DNA of 64,000 nt from NCBI GenBank assembly GCA_963665815.1, contig OY762463.1:1120001-1184000 (forward strand). The letters are read 5' to 3'. Positions 10,298 to 18,757 of the stretch are shown here, in pieces (the first letter of the stretch is position 1; each line of letters starts with the position of its first letter). The translations under genes were made by a program, and so were the position numbers. The notes beneath the pieces are model-generated. The model was not told where the DNA came from, made no database searches, and worked only from the letters and a program-made list of their open reading frames with translations. The stretch is from Candidatus Cloacimonadales bacterium (GTDB lineage: Bacteria > Cloacimonadota > Cloacimonadia > Cloacimonadales > JAIOQZ01).

Positions 10298-13237
10298 ATG
10301 GGCAGATTATTATTTTCTATTCTTTTATTATCAGCAGCAATGACACTTTTTGGTGATATTACCCTCGAGAGTCAAATCAATCAAACTGGTTCACAAATTC
10401 AATTCTCAGGAGAAAGCGCAATAATCAATTCTCAATCAGATATTTATGCAGTTTACTGCAGGAATATCGGTAATATTGGTATTCTGGAACTTGCTCTGTC
10501 ACCGGGATACGGAGTTCCTTTCTTTACTTATACTATAGACACACTATACACAGAAACTCCTGACGTCATCGAAAAAGTTCTACCTGTTATAAAACTACTG
10601 AATGATGGAAACTTATTCATTATATATAATAAACTCATATCAGGTAACAGATTAGTCCTTCATAAGGCTTTCTATAATACAGTTCAGAACACTTTCACTA
10701 TATCAGTACTGACGAATGAAATATCTTCAGCTCCGGTAATAAGTAAAGATCCGAATGATCTTAACGTTTACTATGCAACTTCATTCAGAGAAAAAGCATC
10801 TGATTATGTATATCTGGCAGACAGAATGCGTTCAGTAATGCCGGAACAGTTTAATGTCAAGTTGTATGGAACTTCACAATTCAGAGGAGATGTTCATTCA
10901 AATGAAAACATTGTTATAGCAGCTGGTTCAAGACCAACTTTTGATGGATTTACATCTGCACATAATCGTATCAGATACGATAATGGTCAACCTGCAGACT
11001 TAAATAACACAAATATTTTTGCTGATGGCGGAAAAGAATATGTGAAGAAGAAGCACTTACCGGATACCGCCGACAAACTTATAAACATAGCCTCTACTCC
11101 ATTCGATTCAACAGCTGATATTGTATACGTCAAAATTGATGGTTCAACATATCAGTCAATGTATGCAAATATTTCCGAAACTCAAGTTCAAATTCCGGTA
11201 TATTCATGGTTTCCTGCTGATGACGCACAGGCAAGAGACATTATCTCATCCGGTAGAAACTGGTATGAAGATGCTCATGTAATCTGGACAAATACAGTTA
11301 CAAAATATGATACAACCTGGACTCCTGGACCTTCCGGTATTGCAGAGAACTCCAAGTTCTGGTTAAATACAACACTCTGGATAGAAGGCACTATTACAGG
11401 AGTGCAATCCTGGGGATCATCTAAAGATATTTATATAACAAATGATATTCTTTATTCCAGCACTTTTCCCGGTTATCATCCGGATGGTTACAATCCCAAC
11501 TATGATGATTATTCAGAACAGATAAATACTGAAGACTATTTCTTCTTAATATCCGAAAGCAGTATATACATCAAATACAAACACAGAGATCCATTCCAGA
11601 ATAATATTTTGAGAGCAGATAATTGTCAGAATACTATACTATATGGCGTATTTGCAGCTATTGGTATTGGAGACACTGAATCCGATCCTTACGAGTGGTA
11701 TAATGCCAGTAAGTTTACATATGAGTACATGCTTCCTCATTATGGGCTTAAAGACTTTTACAGTATCAGCCCTGCAACACAAAATGACACACTTTATACA
11801 GATGTGATTTATCACAGATACATTATTGCCGATCCTGAAACAGTTCCGGACAGTTTAAAAATGTACTGTCTTAACAACCCTACAAACTTTGTCACAGCAA
11901 CAGGTACGGGAATCGGTTCCATTTCGGCAAAGGATGTTAATCCCGGATATCATAACAGTTATCCTAATGCAGACGTCAATTATACTCCTCCTATGATAGC
12001 ATATGACTTCCCGGGATATAATCCGGTAGGACCGGAAAACATTCAGGATCTGAATTTTCAGAGAGGTTCACTCGCTATGTTTGGCTCACTCATTGTCAGA
12101 CGCATAGGATATTTCTATATTAGCGGTGGAGATATCAACAGACATCAGGGTGCAGAATGGGATTTTGAGAACCATCTCTATGGAACAACAACAAGTCCTG
12201 CAGGTTATGACTGTAGGTACTTATTTTATGATTCCAGACTAAAAAGCCTGGATTTACCGGAAATACCGGAATTGAATAATATCAGTTTTGCGAGATTATC
12301 CTTAATGAATGATTCCTTGAATTTTGAATCTGATTTTGCTCAAACAGCCTCCGATAATAATACGGGACTGTGCTTTTACGACTATGATGATTCCCTGTCA
12401 ATATTTGTCTCACAAAGAACAGAAAATGGAGAATCCTTATCAGCTTTTGATTTTTTTTATTCATTATCAGATGGAGATACTCTACAGTATGTTAAACTGG
12501 AACCGAATACAATTGAGATGGATTTGCTTGATGTTGACATAAATGAAGGAATCACTTATTTCCTGTTTCACGACAACATTAATTCTGAAAACATTGTCTA
12601 TAATTTTTATCCGGATAGTAATCAGCTTACAGAAATATACAGAATCAATTCAGCAACTGAAGTGTGTGATCTTGATTTTCTTGTTGATAATAGAATTACT
12701 ATTGCTCAATTCGAAAATCACAGCAATCCTGACATAGCAATCTATACAGAGGAATCTGATGTAACTCCTCTTTTATATTGGGACTCTGCATTCAGCGCTG
12801 ATGCTCAAGCTCCGGTTTCAAGTATTTATTATGACGCATTCGGTGGAAACTTCATTTTCATGTGTTTCCAGACAAACGAAAATAATGGCTGGGGAAATTT
12901 ATATTGCGGAATTGGAGACTTTGATGTGATTGGCACAAAGGACGATGTACTTCCGGTTGAACAATTCCGTATAAGTAATTACCCGAACCCTTTTAATCCT
13001 GAAACGAATATTGCATATTCAATCCCTGAGGATGCTGATGTGGAAATAAACATCTATAACATCAAAGGACAGAAAGTTAAAACTCTGCTTAATGAAAGAG
13101 TACTTAAAGGTAGTCACAATGTAATCTGGAGTGGAGTAGATGATAACAATACTCCTGTAGGTTCAGGTGTATATTTCTATAAACTAAAAGCTGACAACAG
13201 AACTATCAGCGTAAATAAATGTGTTTTGATAAAGTAA
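10298..13237 (+). CDS. Secreted protein, paralog 4 (same architecture)
   Basis: Start moved to ATG 10298 (AAGGAG SD, signal peptide MGRLLFSILLLSAAMTLFG); collinear with the other paralogs; C-terminal KCVLIK. Confidence 0.85.
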   Translation: MGRLLFSILLLSAAMTLFGDITLESQINQTGSQIQFSGESAIINSQSDIYAVYCRNIGNIGILELALSPGYGVPFFTYTIDTLYTETPDVIEKVLPVIKLLNDGNLFIIYNKLISGNRLVLHKAFYNTVQNTFTISVLTNEISSAPVISKDPNDLNVYYATSFREKASDYVYLADRMRSVMPEQFNVKLYGTSQFRGDVHSNENIVIAAGSRPTFDGFTSAHNRIRYDNGQPADLNNTNIFADGGKEYVKKKHLPDTADKLINIASTPFDSTADIVYVKIDGSTYQSMYANISETQVQIPVYSWFPADDAQARDIISSGRNWYEDAHVIWTNTVTKYDTTWTPGPSGIAENSKFWLNTTLWIEGTITGVQSWGSSKDIYITNDILYSSTFPGYHPDGYNPNYDDYSEQINTEDYFFLISESSIYIKYKHRDPFQNNILRADNCQNTILYGVFAAIGIGDTESDPYEWYNASKFTYEYMLPHYGLKDFYSISPATQNDTLYTDVIYHRYIIADPETVPDSLKMYCLNNPTNFVTATGTGIGSISAKDVNPGYHNSYPNADVNYTPPMIAYDFPGYNPVGPENIQDLNFQRGSLAMFGSLIVRRIGYFYISGGDINRHQGAEWDFENHLYGTTTSPAGYDCRYLFYDSRLKSLDLPEIPELNNISFARLSLMNDSLNFESDFAQTASDNNTGLCFYDYDDSLSIFVSQRTENGESLSAFDFFYSLSDGDTLQYVKLEPNTIEMDLLDVDINEGITYFLFHDNINSENIVYNFYPDSNQLTEIYRINSATEVCDLDFLVDNRITIAQFENHSNPDIAIYTEESDVTPLLYWDSAFSADAQAPVSSIYYDAFGGNFIFMCFQTNENNGWGNLYCGIGDFDVIGTKDDVLPVEQFRISNYPNPFNPETNIAYSIPEDADVEINIYNIKGQKVKTLLNERVLKGSHNVIWSGVDDNNTPVGSGVYFYKLKADNRTISVNKCVLIK

Positions 13238-13256
13238 AGATATTAATAAATAAGGT

Positions 13257-13281
13257 AAGCCCTGCTTGTTGCAGGGCTTTT
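13257..13281. terminator. Terminator hairpin between convergent genes
   Basis: AAGCCCTGC-TTGTT-GCAGGGCTTTT between paralog 4 and the minus-strand kinase. Confidence 0.7.
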
Positions 13282-13288
13282 AATATAA

Positions 13289-15328
13289 TCAGTCCAATGT
13301 TTTCCTAATTGCTTTTGCCAGTTCTTTTCGTCTAACCGGCTTCATGAGATATTCCTTAACGCCGAGAGCTTTTGCTTTTTCTCCAATATCATCACTGCTT
13401 ATTCCGGAGCACATTATAACATTTAATTCAGGCTTTTTTGATATAAGTTCTTTCGAAAGTTCCAGTCCTGTCATATCAGGCATAGAAAAATCTGTAAGCA
13501 GAAGGTCGAAGTTTCCAACAGAATCATCAAATACATGAATTGCTTCATCTCCTGAATGTGCATACACAACCTTATAACCGAGACTTTCAAGCTGTTTTTT
13601 TACAATCCTTCCGATTACTTCCTCATCATCTACAAAAAGTATTTTTTCATTACCACCAAGCACTGGCTCAATTCTTCCAAAATCATTAAATCCCTTGATC
13701 CTATCGTGAACAGGAAAATAGATTGTAAATACTGTACCTTTACCTATCTCACTATCAACATCTATCAGGCCTCCATGTGACGTAACAATCCCATGCACAA
13801 CAGAAAGTCCTAAGCCTGTTCCTTCACCCTTAGGTTTTGTAGTAAAATAGGGATCGAATATTTTGGTTAATGTGTTTTCCTCAATTCCTATTCCGGTATC
13901 TTTAACTTCAATTCTGACATATTCTCCCTTTTTAATTTTCACATATCTCACAACGGTATCCCTGTCAAAATAGTGATCGTCAACATTAATACGAATAGTC
14001 CCGCCTGTATCCTTCATAGCATGATAAGCATTCGTACATAGATTTATCATTATTTGGTGAATCTGGGTCTGATTTGCGTAAATTCGTTTACAATTTTCAC
14101 ACATTTCTACGTCAATTTTTATTGTTGATGGCACAGATGCTCTGATCAGCTTAAGAGCTTCGCTTATCACTTTCTGTGGATTAATAACCTTTCTACTGTC
14201 TTCTGCCGGCCTGCTGAATGTGAGTATCTGATTAACAAGCTCTTTTGCTCTTGCAGTTGCTGCCAGTACTTCCTTAAGGTTTTGTTTGAGAACGGGTCTA
14301 TCATCCAGATCCATCAAAGTTATTTCGGAAAAGCCAATTATTGGAGTAAGAATATTATTAAAGTCATGAGCTATACCACCGGCAAGGGTTCCCAATGCCT
14401 TTACTTTTTCGGAATGCTGTATACCATTCAAGGCCTTTGCCAGTTGAATATGAGACCTAACTCTTTCAGTTATGTCATGGGCAATACCTTCAACCACTTC
14501 CAGTCTGTTATCTTCGTTGAATATTGGTTGTTCAGTGATTTCAAGCCGTCGGATAGTACCGTTTTTATGGAAAATCTCAACTTCAAAAGGTTCCTGCTTC
14601 TCTCCAAACATACTGTTTTCCAAAATACTCATAATATTTTTATTAATAGAATTATTCGTCAGTATATTTATAAAGCTGTTTCTGAATTCTGATTCGCTGT
14701 ACCCCAGAACGTTTTCCACAGATGGACTGAGATAATCAAACATCATGTCAGGAGTATGAGAGAAGAAGAAATAATCGTCTCTTAAAGCCTCAATCAAACA
14801 CCTGTATTTACTTTCACTGAGTTTCAATCTATTTTTTTCCAACTCAAGTTCATTTACTTTCTTTTCCAGTTTTTTAAAAAGCACTCCTGAGTATTCTTTT
14901 TCTATTTCCATTTCCATAAATTCAGGATTTTCCACACTCAAATCATTAAGTTTCTGTTGATTCAGCAGATCTTCAATTTCTTTAAGGAATAAATCAACTT
15001 CAGCAGGTTTAATAATAAATTTTGACACCCCAATGTTTTCTGCCAGCGTTTTATCCTCCGGACTTGTAAATGTTGCAGTATAAAAAACAAAAGGAATATC
15101 TCTGAGATTTGAATCTGCCTTCATTGCTTTACACAATGCATAACCATCCATTTCAGGCATCATAATATCTGATATAATCAGATCAGGTTTATCTTTCTTA
15201 GCAAGCTCTAATGCAATTCTTCCATTTTCTGCACTAACAACTGAGTAACCACTTGCATCAAGTAGAGATTCAAGGAGTACCCTGGAGTTTTCGTTATCTT
15301 CAGCAATTAAAACCCTTGTCTTATTCAC
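13289..15328 (-). CDS. Hybrid histidine kinase: REC-PAS-HisKA-HATPase-REC
   Basis: N-terminal REC (IAEDN, SDIMMP); H-box GGIAHDFNNIL; N-box NLCTNA; DTGIGI, FTTK, GTGLGL; C-terminal REC. GTG start at 15328 with a GGAGG SD. Confidence 0.92.
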   Translation of the reverse strand: MNKTRVLIAEDNENSRVLLESLLDASGYSVVSAENGRIALELAKKDKPDLIISDIMMPEMDGYALCKAMKADSNLRDIPFVFYTATFTSPEDKTLAENIGVSKFIIKPAEVDLFLKEIEDLLNQQKLNDLSVENPEFMEMEIEKEYSGVLFKKLEKKVNELELEKNRLKLSESKYRCLIEALRDDYFFFSHTPDMMFDYLSPSVENVLGYSESEFRNSFINILTNNSINKNIMSILENSMFGEKQEPFEVEIFHKNGTIRRLEITEQPIFNEDNRLEVVEGIAHDITERVRSHIQLAKALNGIQHSEKVKALGTLAGGIAHDFNNILTPIIGFSEITLMDLDDRPVLKQNLKEVLAATARAKELVNQILTFSRPAEDSRKVINPQKVISEALKLIRASVPSTIKIDVEMCENCKRIYANQTQIHQIMINLCTNAYHAMKDTGGTIRINVDDHYFDRDTVVRYVKIKKGEYVRIEVKDTGIGIEENTLTKIFDPYFTTKPKGEGTGLGLSVVHGIVTSHGGLIDVDSEIGKGTVFTIYFPVHDRIKGFNDFGRIEPVLGGNEKILFVDDEEVIGRIVKKQLESLGYKVVYAHSGDEAIHVFDDSVGNFDLLLTDFSMPDMTGLELSKELISKKPELNVIMCSGISSDDIGEKAKALGVKEYLMKPVRRKELAKAIRKTLD

Positions 15329-15686
15329 AAACAACCTCCCTGATCTGAGACATGACTAATTCAGGATCAATAGGTTTTTCTATGTAACCGTTACAGCCTG
15401 CTTTAAGCAGCTTTTCCCTGTCTCCAGCCATAGCATAAGAAGTCATTGCAATAACAGGAATATCTCTGGATTCCTCATATTTACGCAATTCAACAATTAC
15501 TTCAGTTCCAAGAATGTCCGGAAGCTGAATATCAAGAATTATAAAGTCAGGTTTCATTGTTCTGGCTTTCTGAATTCCCGAAATGCCATCGAAAGCATGT
15601 ATTGTCTCATACCCATTAGCATCAAGAATAAATGAAATCAACTCCATATTGTTTTCATTATCTTCAATAATTAAAACTTTACTCAT
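15321..15686 (-). CDS. Single-domain response regulator (DivK/CheY-like)
   Basis: IIEDN, LDIQLP, MTSYA, EKP; 121 aa; overlaps both neighbours. Confidence 0.92.
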   Translation of the reverse strand: MSKVLIIEDNENNMELISFILDANGYETIHAFDGISGIQKARTMKPDFIILDIQLPDILGTEVIVELRKYEESRDIPVIAMTSYAMAGDREKLLKAGCNGYIEKPIDPELVMSQIREVVCE

Positions 15687-18162
15687 GATTTTCCCCTTCG
15701 ATATTAAGTGGTATCCTTAAACTAAATACGGATCCCTTTCCTATCTCACTTTTCACAATAACATCACCCTTTAAAATTTCGTTAACTAATTTTTTAGTAA
15801 GGTACAAGCCTAATCCTGTACCTCCGGCTTTGACCTTCAAATGAGATTCAACTCTTTCAAAAGCTTCAAACAGTTTTATCTGGTCTTCTTCTGAGACACC
15901 AATACCTGTATCCTCAACTGATAATGTAATGAAATTCCCATCAATTATATAGTAAATTTTTATTATTCCCTCTTCTGAATACTTCACAGCATTACTTAAG
16001 AAGTTAATCAGACACTGAAGTAAACGTCTTTTGTCAGTGTTCAACCATATTTCATCCTGAATGTAGTTTTGCAGATTTAGAGATCTTTTCTTCTTCAGCA
16101 TAGGAGTAATATTGTTCAAAGCTTTCTCAATAACATCAAGCAGATTAAATCTTTCATACTTGATATCCAGTCTTCCGGCTTCTATTTTTGATATATCAAT
16201 TATATCTGTTATTAATGCCAGAAGGTGTTTTGCTGAGCCATATACTCTTGAAAGATGATCTTTCTGCTTTTCATTCAAAGGACCTGTCATCTCCTGAAGA
16301 ATTATGCCTGTAAATCCAATTATGGAATTCAATGGTGTTCTCAGCTCATGACTCATTGAAGCGATAAACATACTCTTCAGTCGGTCGAGTTTTTTGAGTT
16401 CATTGTTAGCGGAATGCAATTTTGCTTCAGTTTTCCTTCGTTTATATATTTCTTTTTTCAGATTAAAATTCCATAATGCCACAATCAGAATTACAATAAT
16501 AACAAGTGCAATTGCAGGTAATCCATAAAGAAAAAATACTCTTTTCGAAATACCAGGTTTATACTCAATTTTTATCCATTTATCCCTTATCTCTTTCTTT
16601 TTCTCCTCTGATATAGAAACCAGTGCTTTATCAATTATACCTTTCAGAATAAGCCAGTCATCTCTTATACCAAAATGAAGGCTATATGTTTTCTGAGATA
16701 CCGGTGCTGCGATCTTGAGATTTGTCAGATTCAGTTTTTTTATCCAGTAAGATGAAGAAGAAACATTACCAATAAAAGCATCAGCCTTACCAAGAGAAAC
16801 AGCTTTTAATGCTTCCTGCTGCGATTCATAAGAAACAGGTTTTATATCAGTATTGTATATCAGAAAACTCTCATGCGAGCTTCTTGCCTGTACTGCTACA
16901 CGCATATTAGTTATATCACTGATTCCTGTTACAAATGGTTTGGATTCTTCATTAATTATCACTCGTTGAAAATTTATATATGCTCTCGAAAACTCCATAA
17001 AATCCCGTCTATCCGGTGTAATTGCTACACATGGTAGAATGTCTATCTGTTTCTGAGCTATTCTGTCAGTTGCTTCCTTCCATGAAATACCTTTTACAAC
17101 ATCAAATTTGACACCCAGCTTTTCCTGAAGTATCTTAATATAATCATAAGCAATACCATTATAATTTCCTGTTTCATCTATGAACTCAAAAGGAGCAAAC
17201 TCAGGATCTATTCCCAGCTTTATTGTTTTGTGATTTGAAAGCCATTCTCGCTCTTTCACACTCAAATACAAACCTCTGGGCTTTTCTTTTTCAATATCTT
17301 CAAAAATCGTGTTCTCCGATAAGCCTGACAAATAACCATAAACTGCCTGATTATAAACAGATTCCTTATCCTTTTTCATTTCCCTGAGATGCCTGTCAAT
17401 TGTTGATGAAAGGTACTTGAACATTGAAGACTCCTTAGGAAATGCAAACATAATGTTTCTTGGATTAAACATTATAGAAGTCTTATATATTGGATAGTTA
17501 TCAGCTTGTAAAGCACCAAAGATTCTGTTAACAACTCCTGCATCAGCTTCACCACGCATCATAACATCGAATACATCTTTATAGGAGTTCACTCTGATAA
17601 ACTGGCAATCAATGTCAAATTCAGAAAGCAGTTGCTTTACTCCACCTTCTCCATCGGTATGTATACTACCATCCATAACAGCAATTTTTAACCCTTTCAG
17701 ATCAACAAAAGACTCTATGATTTTACCTTTAACAGAATATATTGTTGCCCAGTTAACAAGAAAGGTTTCTTTGTTGAACAAGTACTTTTCAGAACGCTCT
17801 TCAGAATATGCAACGTCAACCATCATATCAATTTCATTATTTTCAAGTCTGGTCAGACATTCATTCCAGCTTCCGGGAACATATTTTATTTCCCAGTTCT
17901 CCAGCTTGGCTATTGAGTTCAGTACATCAGGAAACAATCCCCTGTATCGTCCTTCTTCAGACATGTAAATTTTGGGCTTGTTCTCATACGCTCCAACTCT
18001 TAGAATCATTTTCTCTGCAGATAATAGCAAGCTGAAAAATAAAAAACTAAATACTATCAGTGCTTTTATAAAGAATCGTATGTCAATTTCATCAAATACC
18101 GGATATGAACATGGCACACTGTGACATTTCCAAAACATTGTTCCTAATCTGAATTTACGCAT
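15679..18162 (-). CDS. Membrane sensor histidine kinase with two periplasmic substrate-binding (SBP_bac_3-like) domains
   Basis: Two PBP domains (LRVGAYENKP; IKLGIDPEFAPFEF), a TM helix, SHELRTPLN, NFLSNAVKY, DTGIG, GTGLGL. Confidence 0.92.
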   Translation of the reverse strand: MRKFRLGTMFWKCHSVPCSYPVFDEIDIRFFIKALIVFSFLFFSLLLSAEKMILRVGAYENKPKIYMSEEGRYRGLFPDVLNSIAKLENWEIKYVPGSWNECLTRLENNEIDMMVDVAYSEERSEKYLFNKETFLVNWATIYSVKGKIIESFVDLKGLKIAVMDGSIHTDGEGGVKQLLSEFDIDCQFIRVNSYKDVFDVMMRGEADAGVVNRIFGALQADNYPIYKTSIMFNPRNIMFAFPKESSMFKYLSSTIDRHLREMKKDKESVYNQAVYGYLSGLSENTIFEDIEKEKPRGLYLSVKEREWLSNHKTIKLGIDPEFAPFEFIDETGNYNGIAYDYIKILQEKLGVKFDVVKGISWKEATDRIAQKQIDILPCVAITPDRRDFMEFSRAYINFQRVIINEESKPFVTGISDITNMRVAVQARSSHESFLIYNTDIKPVSYESQQEALKAVSLGKADAFIGNVSSSSYWIKKLNLTNLKIAAPVSQKTYSLHFGIRDDWLILKGIIDKALVSISEEKKKEIRDKWIKIEYKPGISKRVFFLYGLPAIALVIIVILIVALWNFNLKKEIYKRRKTEAKLHSANNELKKLDRLKSMFIASMSHELRTPLNSIIGFTGIILQEMTGPLNEKQKDHLSRVYGSAKHLLALITDIIDISKIEAGRLDIKYERFNLLDVIEKALNNITPMLKKKRSLNLQNYIQDEIWLNTDKRRLLQCLINFLSNAVKYSEEGIIKIYYIIDGNFITLSVEDTGIGVSEEDQIKLFEAFERVESHLKVKAGGTGLGLYLTKKLVNEILKGDVIVKSEIGKGSVFSLRIPLNIEGENHE

Positions 18163-18228
18163 TACTTTCCCTTTTCAATTACTTGTGAGAAAACTAAAAC
18201 ATAATAGAGATTTGCGTTTTGTCAATAT

Positions 18229-18715
18229 TATTAGCTGTTTATATTGGAATCCCCCCGTTTTTTCTTGAAAATCTGACTTCAAGAAAATTAGAAGGATTTT
18301 TAGCAGACATTTCTTAGAAAAATGCACTATTCATTTTCTTTGGTGCCAAAGAAAACGAAACAAAAGAAACTGGAAAAGTTGATGAAATCGTTGATTTCAT
18401 CGAAAAGCACTCTTTTTATAGATCGGGAGTAGTTGATGAAATTAGTGAATTTCATCTAAATGTATTTCCAGTAAACTGGAACCATAAATTTTTCCTAAAA
18501 TCCTTCCAAGGCTTCAGGATTTCTTAACGGTTAAATTTATTATACAGAAAAAAGAGAAAATGCTATCTTCAATGCAAAACAATCATACTTAGTTTAAAGC
18601 TATTACATTGATTCATATTTTCCACTGATTTACTGTTTCAAAACTTTTATTTATAATAAGTTATATATACATTGTATTTGGTTTTCGGGGGGATGCCTGT
18701 ATTAGCTGTTTATAT
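18229..18715. mobile_element. MITE-like non-autonomous structured element flanked by 16-bp direct repeats
   Basis: TATTAGCTGTTTATAT at 18229-18244 and 18700-18715; inner inverted ends GGAATCCCCCCG (18246-18257) and CGGGGGGATGCC (18686-18697), 11/12 match; at least five internal hairpins; no ORF. Confidence 0.55.
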
Positions 18716-18757
18716 AACCCAAGAATAATGAATTGTATTCAAACCCATATTTTATAT

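Noticed and set aside
753-13237. Paralog array as the target of a diversity-generating retroelement or shufflon
   Set aside because: No reverse transcriptase or recombinase in the window; I saw no template/variable repeat pair differing only at adenines; all copies are full length and in the same orientation.
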